Both the position numbers and the translations under genes were made by a program. 64,000 nucleotides of DNA from Octopus bimaculoides (lineage: Eukaryota), in contig NC_068997.1 of assembly GCF_001194135.2 (NCBI RefSeq), positions 3,521,669-3,585,668 of the forward strand, given 5' to 3'. The notes below the pieces were generated by a model that saw only the letters and a program-made list of their open reading frames with translations, was not told the origin of the DNA and did not search any database. Below, in pieces: positions 30,001 to 40,958 of the stretch. Numbering within the stretch: position 1 is the stretch's first letter; every line of letters starts with the position of its first letter.

Positions 30001-32011
30001 AACAGTACCAACAACACCAACAACCACTACAACTGTATCAAAAACAGCAAAATTCACAACAGTACCAACAACNNNNNNNNNNNNNNNNNNNNNNNNNNNN
30101 NNNNNNNNNNNNNNNNNNNNNNNNNNNNNNNNNNNNNNNNNNNNNNNNNNNNNNNNNNNNNNNNNNNNNNNNNNNNNNNNNNNNNNNNNNNNNNNNNNNN
30201 NNNNNNNNNNNNNNNNNNNNNNNNNNNNNNNNNNNNNNNNNNNNNNNNNNNNNNNNNNNNNNNNNNNNNNNNNNNNNNNNNNNNNNNNNNNNNNNNNNNN
30301 NNNNNNNNNNNNNNNNNNNNNNNNNNNNNNNNNNNNNNNNNNNNNNNNNNNNNNNNNNNNNNNNNNNNNNNNNNNNNNNNNNNNNNNNNNNNNNNNNNNN
30401 NNNNNNNNNNNNNNNNNNNNNNNNNNNNNNNNNNNNNNNNNNNNNNNNNNNNNNNNNNNNNNNNNNNNNNNNNNNNNNNNNNNNNNNNNNNNNNNNNNNN
30501 NNNNNNNNNNNNNNNNNNNNNNNNNNNNNNNNNNNNNNNNNNNNNNNNNNNNNNNNNNNNNNNNNNNNNNNNNNNNNNNNNNNNNNNNNNNNNNNNNNNN
30601 NNNNNNNNNNNNNNNNNNNNNNNNNNNNNNNNNNNNNNNNNNNNNNNNNNNNNNAGACCCACAACAGTACCAACAATGTCAACAACCACTACAACTGTAT
30701 CAAACGCAGCAAAATTCACAACAGTACCAACAACAACAAATCCGACAACAGTACCAGCGACAATAAAAACCACAAAGGTACCAACCACAAAAACGAGTCC
30801 CACAACAGTACCAACAACGTCAACAACCATTACAACTGTACCAAAAGCAGCAACATTCACAACAGTACCAACAACAACAAATCCGACAACAGTACCAGCG
30901 ACAATAAAAACCACAAAGGTACCAACCACAAAAACGAGACCCACAACAGTACCAACAACGTCAACAACCACTACAACTGTATCAAACGCAGCAAAATTCA
31001 CAACAGTACCAACAACAACAAATCGGACAACAGTACCAGCGACAATAAAAACCACAAATGTACCAACCACAAAAACGAGACCCACAACAGTACCAACAAC
31101 GTCAACAACCACTACAAAATTCACAACAGTACCAACAACAACAAAGTCCCGAACAGTACCAGCAACGACAATCTCGACAACTATAATAAAGACAACAAAC
31201 AGCACAACAGCAATGAAGCCCACAACAATACCGACAACTACAACAAACCCCACAACAGTACCAACGACGATAACATCCGCTATAGTACCAATAACAATAG
31301 CAAACCCCACAACAGTCCCAACAACTTCAGACCTCACAACAGGACCAAAGACAACCAAAACTACAACAGTACCAACAACAAACCCCACAATAGTACCAAC
31401 GACACCAATAACCTCCACGACAGTACCAACAACAACAGCAAACTCTAGAACAGTACCAACGACAAGTACTTCAACAGTACCAGCAACAACAAAATCAACA
31501 ACGGTGCTAACAACAATACTATCCACAAAAGCAGCAGCTGCAATAAAACCTACAACAATACCAACAGCAGCAACAAAATCTACACCAGTACCAACGAAAA
31601 CAACAAAATCTACAACAGTACCCACATTAATAAGAAACACTACAACAGCACCACCACCAACAACAACAGCAAAAGCCACTACAGTGCACACAGCAATAAA
31701 GACGACAACAAAACCAACAACAACAAAAACTACGAGATTGCCAGCAACAACACCGATCAAAAGTACCACAAAAATTGCAACAACAACCGCTACACAACGA
31801 AGAACGACGTCTCGCAACACGGAACGAACCCAGTTACCAACAGGACCAACTTCAACAAAAGTACCACCAAGTACCACTGTGAAATATCCAACAACTTTCC
31901 CAAAAGACCATGTGCCTTCAACCCTTTCGTTTCGCCAATCTTCCACGACGACCTCGCTTCCGCAACGGAAAACCACAATTCCAGTTATTACTACGCCTTT
32001 CCCAAGAATCA
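3..32011 (+). CDS. Giant PTS (Thr/Pro/Ser-rich) mucin exon, 5'-partial, ~10,600 codons, of a MUC4-like NIDO-AMOP-VWD-EGF mucin
   Basis: Frame 3 is open from nt 3 (PTTTEPTITTPKP...) to the gap at 27221 (provided 8977-aa ORF). The same T-rich coding resumes after each gap (27221-27320, 28869-28878, 29224-29588, 30073-30654), with frame changes only at gaps. It ends at a consensus phase-1 donor ATC A|GTAAGT (32011/32012) that joins in frame to the NIDO exons. No Cys or Trp seen by eye. Confidence 0.88.
4920..8330 (+). repeat. Degenerate 48-bp (16-aa, TTSQTTATAGTTTTPA-like) coding tandem array
   Basis: The ACT-AC(A/T)-TCA-CAA anchor recurs at 48-nt spacing (6978 to 7026; 7188, 7236, 7284). Confidence 0.85.
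14880..17316 (+). repeat. Diverged internal direct duplication of a ~250-aa module (14880-15625 and 16527-17316)
   Basis: Shared peptides PSTITPEPPSTIE, LPTQTILQTKDITISTLS..ESATNNEA and VQSNANTTLASLDTT. Confidence 0.9.
25110..25211 (+). repeat. Perfect 18-bp coding minisatellite (AGAAGCACAACAGAACCA)x5 plus a partial copy = (RSTTEP)n
   Basis: Direct reading of the sequence. Confidence 0.95.
26760..27220 (+). repeat. Coding tandem array, AQTATEEDTTTRKP(TTTTEP)n units, running into the gap
   Basis: Unit starts at 26760, 26850, 26922, 27030 and 27138 (spacings 90, 72, 108, 108, all multiples of 18). Confidence 0.9.
28337..31130 (+). repeat. Near-perfect 141-bp (47-aa) Lys-rich coding tandem array, gapped and probably collapsed
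   Basis: Units start at 28337, 28478 and 28619, with an 84-bp short variant (28619 to 28703). Unit TTVPATIKTTKVPTTKTRPTTVPTTPTTTTTVPKTAKFTTVPTTTNP; three N-gaps lie inside. Confidence 0.93.
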
Positions 32012-32093
32012 GTAAGTATAAAATTATGTACACACTCACAGAGCATCATGGTTTAGATGTTTGCTTTGCAATCATACGTTTCTGGTATGTGTA

Positions 32094-32154
<61 letters not shown>

Positions 32155-32249
32155 NNNNNNNNNNNNNNNNNNNNNNNNNNNNNNNNNNNNNNNNNNNNNN
32201 ATATATATATATATACACACATATATATATATATATATATATACATATA

Positions 32250-32540
32250 CACACACACGTCAAGTGGTCGACCAGACTGTTAGATGTGTTGCTATGCATC
32301 GCTGGTCACAATGCGCTTTGCACCGTTTTAGCTTTCGAATTATGCCACCCTGCTGGCTAGGTGAGCAGGCCAACATTCTGTTGGATGAGAAATTTAGTCT
32401 GTCGCAGGGTGACCCATTTATACCTCAGTGGACTTGAGCAATGTGAAAAGAAGCGCTTTGCTCAAGAACCCAATGCGCCGCTTGGTCCGGTAACCGAACA
32501 CACGATCTAGCGATTGTGAGTGCAGCAGCCCTTATCACTA
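32250..32540 (-). mobile_element. Degenerate tRNA-derived SINE (core-type family)
   Basis: Minus strand reads ...CTGCACTCACAATCGCTAGATCGTGTGTTCGGTTACCGGACC...TTCTTGAGCAAAGCGCTT...GCTCAAGTCCACTGAGG, similar to the head and core of the 38005 element. Confidence 0.5.
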
Positions 32541-33029
32541 GGCCACACGTCCTCATACAGTCACACACACACATATGTGTGTGTGTGTGTATGAGTGTAT
32601 TTATGTGTGTCTGTACACGCACACTTTATATGTACGTGTGTATATGTGTGTGTGCGTGTGCGCGGGTATGTGTGTGTGTGTGTGTGTGTGTATGTGTGTG
32701 TGTGTGTGCGTACGTACACGCACACACATACACAAAATGAAATGATTCAAAAATCCCCTTAGCCTTAATGTGACTTAGCCTTAACAAGTGGACCCTGTTG
32801 CTCTCAGTTGAGTTTCTTAATGTCGGTCTCTTCTCTCCCTCTCTCCTTCTCTCTATCTTACTTTCCCATCTTACCCGCCACACCTCAGCCTCTACCTGAT
32901 CCCCAGCTGCACTTTCTAGCAAGTCTTGTTACAACATAGAGCCATTCGGGATTGGCATTGTTGTCCTCATATATCTTCTATGTGGTAGGTGATGGTTTAT
33001 CTTAATCTGGTTATCTTTTTTACCACCAG

Positions 33030-33172
33030 AACTGCTGCCATTCGGCTCTTCCACCAACGCAGGACTGTCAAAGAAACTGATTAAAGGCGATGACGTCATC
33101 AGCAACGCAATCATATGTAAAGTAGGTTTCCCAGCAATGATTTCAAAGGGCACAGTTTGGAAACGAATATGG
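33030..33172 (+). CDS. Exon: NIDO N-terminal lead-in (K-LLPFGSS...GDDVISNAI...GFP...KRIW)
   Basis: Acceptor ttttttaccaccAG, donor TGG|GTAAGT; 143 nt, phase 1 to 0, exactly bridging the mucin exon and the next exon. LPFG...GDD...GFP...IWIHTDG matches the pre-NIDO pattern of nidogen/MUC4-type proteins. Confidence 0.85.
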
Positions 33173-33342
33173 GTAAGTGATAGACTTATTTTTAATCCTC
33201 CTCCTAATTCTCTTCTGGCCACGTAGAGGCGAAAAGAGAATGTGCTTGATTATTGATTTCATATTTTGGCACAAGGCCACAATATTAGGGGAGAAGGTAA
33301 ATCGATTACAGCAACCCCACTGCCACCCCGCCACTAATCAAA

Positions 33343-33435
33343 TGGTATTTATTTTATCGACTCACCACCACCACCACCACCAAAGGATGAAAGGTAAAGT
33401 CGACCTCGGCAACATTTGAGCTGAGGGCGTAAAGT
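33343..33435 (+). repeat. Short interspersed repeat fragment (GAAAGGATGAAAGG(C/T)AAAGTCGACCTCGGC family) with an internal (CAC)n expansion
   Basis: The same motif recurs at ~36955-37035 (+), ~58090-58266 (+) and ~43110-43310 (-). Confidence 0.7.
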
Positions 33436-34226
33436 CGGAAATGCCGCTAGGCATTTCGTCCTACATGGGTTCATGGGAATGATTCTGTCATCTCACTGCC
33501 CTAAAGGGTTTTAAAGGTTTGATTATTGATGACAAATAAGCAAGTAAGAGAAGAAACTGAAGCAATAAAGCACCACGTTAGAATCATTTACAGTGTTTAG
33601 CTACAGCCATTCAATTATTTAGCTACAGCCATTCAATTTCTGTGTTCGAAGTACAACCAGGTTTAGACTCTACTTGGTTGCTTAACCTGCAATAGTAACC
33701 AAATAGCCCACATAGTTATACCAATCCTAGTCTTGCAAAACAATAGAAAGTATAGTATCTACATAGAACAGGAGACACATGGAATGGAGAGTCGCTGAAG
33801 AGGCGACAAATCGTGTAACGAAAGATTTCCAGACAAAGGACATAAAATAAGATTAATAATAAATCTGAAGTGAAAAACGAATATATAGTGCGTGTGTTTA
33901 TATTCATATGAGTGTATATGTACGTACATACATACATACATATATGCATACATATATCGTGTACTTTTCTTCTGACGAGCGGTCAGCAAACTGAGAAACA
34001 GTCTGTCAGAGAAATCCTCCACTCTTTTTCTGTACATCAAAATCATACAAGGAATATGTTTATAATTTTCTTTCCCAGCTAGGTTTTCTAATATTCAAAT
34101 ATATTTTATCCTTCTGATTCACACTATGTTATTCAAAGTTATACATGCGCATGCGTGTATGTGCGTGTATTTGTATGTGTATATGCATATATGTATAAAG
34201 CCATGTTAGTGCCGATGTGTGTGTCG

Positions 34227-34276
<50 letters not shown>

Positions 34277-34390
34277 AGTTATACTTATGTATATTTAAAA
34301 GTAGGATTTGGATTCGATCCGACCATATTCTGTACACTTTTTTTAAAAAATAATTTCAATGCAAATCCTTCGCGCTTTGCTTTCGTTTAG

Positions 34391-34711
34391 ATTCACACCG
34401 ATGGTTTCCTGATCATAAAACAAGATGGCTTCAAAATCAATAAATTACCGAAGAAAGATATCGGTGAACAAGATGAAGTGATCATCGCTCCGTTTTGGGC
34501 AGATGCAGTGACCAGCAAACGTTTCCCGTCCAGTGCCGTATTCTATGATGTCTATGAAATGTGGCCTCTGAAGCGCATACGTACCGAAGAAGAAAGACTC
34601 TTCCTAAATCACATCTCAAAACGGTTGAATATTTCGACCTTCCAAGCTACCTGGGCATTGGTTGTTACTTGGAGGGACCTCCGTCCTGGTGATATCCTCA
34701 ACCCGTCTGAG
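34391..34711 (+). CDS. Exon: NIDO domain (IHTDG...IIAPFWADA...FQATWALVVTW)
   Basis: tttcgtttAG acceptor, GAG|GTGAGT donor; 321 nt, phase 0 to 0; hallmark NIDO motifs IAPFWAD and ATWALVVTW. Confidence 0.93.
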
Positions 34712-36623
34712 GTGAGTTCATTACACTAACATCTATTATTATTTTTTTTAACTTTGGTCAGTAAGAGTTATTTCCTATTTACTTCTATCTAGAAATCAGA
34801 AGAAATAACTACGATTCCCTTCAAACTTTACTTTTGTGACCTGAATCTATTTTCCATTACTTTTCAGACAGATTCAGCACTGAGTTTCTGAAGCAGAAAT
34901 ATCTGTATAGTAAATATTCTGCTCAGTACCACAGATTTATTTGTCAGTTGCTTGACCTTAACCACTCGAGCATGTCCCTTGGTAGATGACAATATGTGCA
35001 TCACTGATGATGAGCAGGAGTATAGGGGGAGCATCATAGCCATATGTTGAGAGGGATTCTTTTGGGTTTGAATAAATGTAACAAAAACAAAGTTTGAAGG
35101 AAATATTAGCCATTTTTCATGCTTTCTAGGGGTAAACAAATATGAAAAAACAGTTGCTATCCAAGGACAAAAATCATGTTAGACAATGTTATTTTATTTA
35201 TTCAGACCTAGAATAATGAAAATAACTATTTAGATATCATTCTCTTAATAAATCGAGTTTTCTATGGCAAATGAACAATTGTTCTACACTTAATATTGTA
35301 ATTGCCTCATCACTGCTTTGGCAAGCCGATGTTTCACTTATGAAGTTATAGTATTGCAAAAGCATCTCCGGATTGTCTCATACAGCACTCAAAATAAATC
35401 TTATGGCTATGACACTTATCCTTAACAATTATTCACTCTTCTAATACAGTGCAGTTTATATGAAGAAACCGACGAAATTGAAGGATTGGATTGGTTCTAA
35501 CGATTATCGAGGTTGGAGTAACATTATTGAATGCAAATAATTATCATAACTAGTGGTTGTTACCTATAATATTAGGTCATTAAAAAAATGACTATGGATT
35601 TTACACTATGTTATCACCATTACATAATAAGTATTATGTAATCATTGTTCATATTCATGAATCCAGCTCGTTATTTAAACTATAAAATGTTGAAACAGCT
35701 GTAACCAAGGAAGGTGCGCATTTTCTCCTGATGACTCCATACACATGCTAGCATCCGGTATGCGGAGCTTTCATCTGATAGCACTTGCGTCTGCAAGTTG
35801 TTTGCAAAGAATATATCAAACAGGCATCTTTCATCTAAATTATTAGCTGGAAAAAACAATAAACTATTGATGGATATTAATAATTCCGACGTTATAGTGA
35901 GAACAAGTTCATACATTAAATACGTTAGCACTAAATTACCTTTGTCAGCACAGAGCCGACATACATATTTGATAGTATTTACACCTCTGGTCTCAGTCAC
36001 AAGATCAATAATTATTGCAAGTTCGTAGAAATATTATCATGAGATGAGATCGTAATGCAGTTTGGATTCCCGATTGAAACTAATTTCAGGGTAAAAAGCA
36101 TGAATATTACATCATCTCACTTAAACATTTCAGCCTTCCATCAAATTCATGATCAAAATAAATATAAAGAAAGTTATTCACTGGTATCGTGGTGCAAGAA
36201 AGAGACTTTGGGTGAAGTAAGTCTACGATCCAATTCCGATTTCCAGTAAACTCATTAAGCCATCATTTTTTTTTTATTCATGAATTAGTCAGAGGAAGTA
36301 TAAATCCTCCTAAGGAAAATTAGGGAGGAAACTGTGGGCCTAGTTGAATACACCACAAGGGAGCGAGCTTTGTAAAAGTCTAAAAGAAGTTTTAAGTAAT
36401 GCGATTTAAGCGCAAGGGTACCCACGCAACAATTGGTGCTTTTAAACCGAGGGGCTTGCCTTGCTTATCAGCTAATCACAGACAATCCAATAATGACTAC
36501 AGGAACAGTATTAATGCCACAGTTCTCCATTGTTGTCCTTAATAAACAAGAGCACCATGTCCAAACATTAAATAGAAAAAATGTTTGTAAACTCAAAGTG
36601 ATATTGTGGTTGTATATTTCCAG

Positions 36624-36831
36624 AAAAATACATTCCAAGCTGTTTTGGTAACAGACGGTAGAGCCTCCTATGTCATTTATTTGTATGAAAGAATGGAATG
36701 GAAAACATTTAACTTACTCTACAGAGATGTAGTTGTAGGTTACAGAAGAGGCATAGATGACAGCAACTATTTTATGACTTCCATAAGAAACACAGATATT
36801 TTGCAGATCGACAAGATCAAAGGAAATACAG
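36624..36831 (+). CDS. Exon: NIDO domain (KNTFQAVLVTDGRASYVIYLY...KGNTG)
   Basis: atatttccAG acceptor, G|GTAAAA donor; 208 nt, phase 0 to 1; NTFQAVL.TDG..SY NIDO motif. Confidence 0.93.
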
Positions 36832-36840
36832 GTAAAAAGA

Positions 36841-36842
<2 letters not shown>

Positions 36843-36910
<68 letters not shown>
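36843..36910 (+). repeat. (TAA)n microsatellite just after the NIDO exon donor
   Basis: About 22 perfect ATA/TAA units. Confidence 0.95.
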
Positions 36911-37075
36911 CTTTTCTTTTAATGGCACAAAGCCTGAAATGCGGGAGGGGATAATAGATTTCATTGACTCCAGTGTTTCATTGGTACTTAATTTATTGAT
37001 CCCGAAAGGATGGAAGGCAAAGTCGACCTCGGCGGCCATATAATAATCATAATAATAATGATAATAATAATAATA

Positions 37076-37456
37076 ACATGCTTTCTAATTGATGTATCAA
37101 TACCAGCAGATGACAACGTTTCCCTAAAAGAAATGGAAAAAACTTTCAAAATACAAAGACCTGGAAATAGAGGTAACTCGAATGTGGAATCTAAAAACAA
37201 ACAATTCCTATCATAGTAGGTGCCTTAGGTATAATAAAAAAATATTCAGACAAATACATAACAAAAACACCAGGACTTACAGATATATATAACATACAGA
37301 AAATTGCACTACTGGGCACTGCACACATCCTAGGCAAAACACTTTCAATACAGTAACCATAAGAGCACCACAGCAAACCACAGCACATACCCAAGGCGCA
37401 CAGAGCTGCGCTCGGTAGTGAAGTGAAAGCACGTTATAAAAATAAAACTACTGAAC
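37076..37456 (+). mobile_element. 5'-truncated non-LTR retrotransposon 3' end, restriction-like endonuclease (R4/Dong-like)
   Basis: With two 1-nt frameshifts repaired it reads TCFLIDVSIPADDNVSLKEMEKLSKYKDLEIEVTRMWNLK-TIPIIVGALGIIKK...IQKIALLGTAHIL.KTLSIQ* (stop at 37354-56). A 3' UTR follows, and (TAA)n lies on both sides. Confidence 0.85.
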
Positions 37457-37702
37457 AATAATAATAATAATGAACCTTTTGACAATTTGGTGGGTGGAAA
37501 TAGCCACGCTACTTGTGGCAACGTTTCAGGGTTCATAAAACAAATATTAGTGAATTTCAGGATCGGTTTAATCGACTAGGCTCCTCACAAATATCTTTCT
37601 TTCCATATAACCTACGTTACAAATTAATGTTGTTGTTGTTGAGTTGTTATTGTTGATGTTGTTATCACTGGCGTCATCATTGTGGTCATCTTCAATTCAC
37701 AG

Positions 37703-37956
37703 GAATTTACGGGTGGTGGCAGTTCCCGCTAGGAGTAATTAAAGAAAAAGAAAATTTCGCACAACAATGTATGAAATGGTATTACGAGAATTCGGCACAG
37801 CAGCGAATCGAAGCCAGAAAACTCTCGGCATTGAGTACACCATGTCCGTGTAATCTTCTGCAAGCTAAGAAAGACACGCGCTTTGAAATGTACCAAAATT
37901 CCAACAATTGTCTCCGCCTGATGTTTCCTACCGATGGAAAATCTAAAGGTGTCAGG
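37703..37956 (+). CDS. Exon: end of NIDO, start of AMOP (GIYGWWQF...CMKWYY...PCPCNLLQAKKDTRF)
   Basis: caattcacAG acceptor, AGG|GTGAGT donor; 254 nt, phase 1 to 0; C..WY and PCPC...QA..D.RF AMOP motifs. Confidence 0.92.
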
Positions 37957-38004
37957 GTGAGTAAGATGTTGCCTCCTTAAATACACGATATGGTTTTACA
38001 TTGT

Positions 38005-38288
38005 GAAGGCGCGTGGCTTAGTGGTGAGAGTAATCGGATTACGGTCGTAAGGTCGTAAGATCGTAAGTTCAATTCCCGGCAGCGCGTTGTATCCTTAAGC
38101 AAGACACTTTATTTTACGTTTGCTCCACTCCATTCAGCTGGCAAATATGAGTTGTACCCGTAATTTAAAGGGCCGGCCTTGTCGCATTCTGAGTCACGCT
38201 GAATCTCTCTGAGAACCACGTTAAAGGTATGTGTGTCGGTAGAGTGCTCAGATAACTGGAACCCTCGTCGTTGTAACCGACGGAATTT
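38005..38288 (+). mobile_element. Degenerate tRNA-derived SINE with a CCTT(A/G)AGCAAGACACTTT core and a 3' body shared with the 40578 family
   Basis: A-box GGCTTAGTGG, B-box-like GTTCAATTCCC; 3' part aligns to the 40578/54029 copies. Confidence 0.75.
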
Positions 38289-38803
38289 CAGTTATAGTCT
38301 TACATAACGGCAAATATGTTCCGATCTTTTGACCCCGCTTGTGTGTATATATGTCAATGCATTTATCTATGTATGTCATTCTTCAGTTTCATTTCAAGAT
38401 TTCTTGCTAACAAAGAAAAGACCCCTTTCTAACCTAGGTCCAAGGCTCAATAGTGTACTTTTGTATGTATGTGTATATATGTGTAGTGTTTGGAATCAGT
38501 GCGTGTACAGGTTTGTATGTTTAGTTTTATGCATGTATTCTCATGCGAATATATACCTAAATGATAAACATTTGAAAACTTTTATAGATTTTATAGATGT
38601 GTATGCATGTACATATTATGTGAGTGTAAATCTGTGTATGGTTGTGTGTGTGATGCATGGTGTGTGTATTTATGTGTGCGGGCGTGTATGTGTAGTGTGA
38701 CGTGTGGAGGCATGAGTTAGCACGTTTCAGTGTCGAGGGTACGTATGTGTGTTTTGTAATTGTTTACTTCCAAGTTCAACACAACTCATTTCTTCGAATG
38801 CAG

Positions 38804-39008
38804 ATCTGTTGCTATGATTATCAAACAAATGCCTTGAAACCAACTGACAGTCCATTCTTCATCAATGACCCAACAAATGCCAAAATCAAGTGGATTGAAG
38901 AAGACAAAAAACCTGTGGACGTTTGCTGTTCCTTTTCTGCTTACTGTTCGCTTTTCAATGAAGTTCGCTCTGTGTCCGATTGCAGCAATTATGTGATGCC
39001 CGTCGAAG
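38804..39008 (+). CDS. Exon: AMOP domain (ICCYD...DVCC...YCSLFNEVRSVSDCSNYVMP)
   Basis: cgaatgcAG acceptor, G|GTTAGT donor; 205 nt, phase 0 to 1; CCY and C..CC...C..F...R...C..Y.P AMOP pattern. Confidence 0.92.
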
Positions 39009-39173
39009 GTTAGTCCACTTTCTTCATTGTTGATCATCACTGTAACCATGCGCAAACAGAAATACATGCATACACATTCAAATTATCCATTTACATATAT
39101 ATATATATTTATATACCTATATGTACATGTACACACACTAAATGTATGGATGTATTTTTATGTAATTATGTGT

Positions 39174-39241
<68 letters not shown>

Positions 39242-40094
39242 NNNNNNNNNNNNNNNNNNNNNNNNNNNNNNNNNNNNNNNNNNNNNNNNNNNNNNNNNNN
39301 NNNNNNNNNNNNNNNNNNNNNNNNNNNNNNNNNNNNNNNNNNNNNNNNNNNNNNNNNNNNNNNNNNNNNNNNNNNNNNNNNNNNNNNNNNNNNNNNNNNN
39401 NNNNNNNNNNNNNNNNNNNNNNNNNNNNNNNNNNNNNNNNNNNNNNNNNNNNNNNNNNNNNNNNNNNNNNNNNNNNNNNNNNNNNNNNNNNNNNNNNNNN
39501 NNNNNNNNNNNNNNNNNNNNNNNNNNNNNNNNNNNNNNNNNNNNNNNNNNNNNNNNNNNNNNNNNNNNNNNNNNNNNNNNNNNNNNNNNNNNNNNNNNNN
39601 NNNNNNNNNNNNNNNNNNNNNNNNNNNNNNNNNNNNNNNNNNNNNNNNNNNNNNNNNNNNNNNNNNNNNNNNNNNNNNNNNNNNNNNNNNNNNNNNNNNN
39701 NNNNNNNNNNNNNNNNNNNNNNNNNNNNNNNNNNNNNNNNNNNNNNNNNNNNNNNNNNNNNNNNNNNNNNNNNNNNNNNNNNNNNNNNNNNNNNNNNNNN
39801 NNNNNNNNNNNNNNNNNNNNNNNNNNNNNNNNNNNNNNNNNNNNNNNNNNNNNNNNNNNNNNNNNNNNNNNNNNNNNNNNNNNNNNNNNNNNNNNNNNNN
39901 NNNNNNNNNNNNNNNNNNNNNNNNNNNNNATATATATATATATAAATATATGGAAATAGCACAGAAGTAAGTCTTAGACATTTCAATTTAAGAAGGAATT
40001 TAATAAAAATGGTTTTAAAATTAGATAAAGAAAATATTACCTGTTTCGATGTATCAAATATCAAATTCATTCATTTCTTTCCTGTTTCTTTCAG

Positions 40095-40352
40095 GTGGAG
40101 CCTTTGGTGACCCACATATTCAAACTATTGACGGCAAATTCTATACCTTCAATGGATGGGGAGAGTTTACCCTGCTGAATATATACCATAAGGACAAGCC
40201 CAAAGATCGCTTGTTCACTCTAGAAGGTCGCACTGAACGCGGAGAGAATGTCCACGGTGAATTGACTGATGCCACGATATTTACCGCTTTCGTCGCCATG
40301 GATTTCGTTTATAACAATTCCTTCCAGGTGGAAATAATGCAAAATAAAGAAG
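40095..40352 (+). CDS. Exon: VWD domain start with GDPH motif (GGAFGDPHIQTIDGKFYTFNGWGEFTLL)
   Basis: gtttctttcAG acceptor, G|GTATTT donor; 258 nt, phase 1 to 1; classic VWD N-terminus. Confidence 0.95.
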
Positions 40353-40577
40353 GTATTTGCATAATTTACGTATTGGTCTTTGGTACGCTTGACAGGTTCT
40401 CGCTTCTATCGGGTTGCTATGTAAGCGATGTGGGGTAAGAGATGTAGAAAATAATTTGAAGGAGATAAGCAGATGGACGGGGACTAAGGTGGTACTTCTT
40501 ACTCGCGGTTTGGGAGATCGAATCTACTGCAGAAGTTTTATTGTTGGTGTTTATCCTTAGGTAGGCCTCTGATCCAT

Positions 40578-40958
40578 GGAGGCGCAATGGCCCAGTGGTT
40601 AGGGCAGCGGACTCACGGTCATAGGATCGCAGTTTCGATTCCCAGACCGGACGTTGTGAGAGTTTATTGAGCGAAAACACCTAAAGCTCCACGAGGATCC
40701 GGCAGGGGATGGTGGTGAACCCTGCTGTATTCTTCCACCACAACTTTCTCTCACTCTTACTTCCTTTTTCTGTTGTGCCTGTATTTCAAAGGGCCAGCCT
40801 TGTCACACTGTGTCACGCTGAATATCCCCGAGAACTACGTTGAGGGTACACGTGTCTGTGGAGTGCTCAGCCACTTGCACGTTAATTTCACAAGCAGGCT
40901 GTTCCCTTAATCGGATCAACTGGAACCCTCAACGTCGTAAACGACGGATTGCCAACAC
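40578..40958 (+). mobile_element. Full-length tRNA-derived SINE, family A (resembles the octopus OR-type SINEs from memory)
   Basis: GGAGGCGCAATGGCCCAGTGGTTAGGGCAGCGGACTCACGGTCATAGGATCGC.GTTTCGATTCCCAGACC head; highly similar to 46667-47050 (-) and 54029-54402 (+). Confidence 0.9.

Noticed and set aside
27221-30654. Apparent frameshifts splitting the mucin into four or five ORFs (pseudogene or programmed frameshift)
   Set aside because: Every frame change coincides with an N-gap of estimated or placeholder length; none occurs in called sequence.
25110-31130. 18-bp and 141-bp tandem arrays as CRISPR-like arrays
   Set aside because: No unique spacers, unit lengths are codon multiples, they lie in a eukaryotic spliced gene, and there are no cas genes.
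245-32039. Many long minus-strand ORFs encoding VVVGSVVV or LLLLW/CCC peptides
   Set aside because: Antisense shadows: the + strand is T-poor, so the minus strand rarely forms stops. They are in register with the mucin frame and have no domains.
32012-32283. ORF extension past the donor (KYKIMY...CVCVCV)
   Set aside because: Read-through into an intronic (GT)n/(TA)n tract and a gap; the consensus donor at 32012 links in frame to NIDO.
40578-40650. tRNA gene calls at SINE heads (also 46980-47050, 54029-54100, 38005, 61946)
   Set aside because: A/B boxes are present, but they are followed by a shared non-tRNA body, tail and TSDs, which indicates SINEs.
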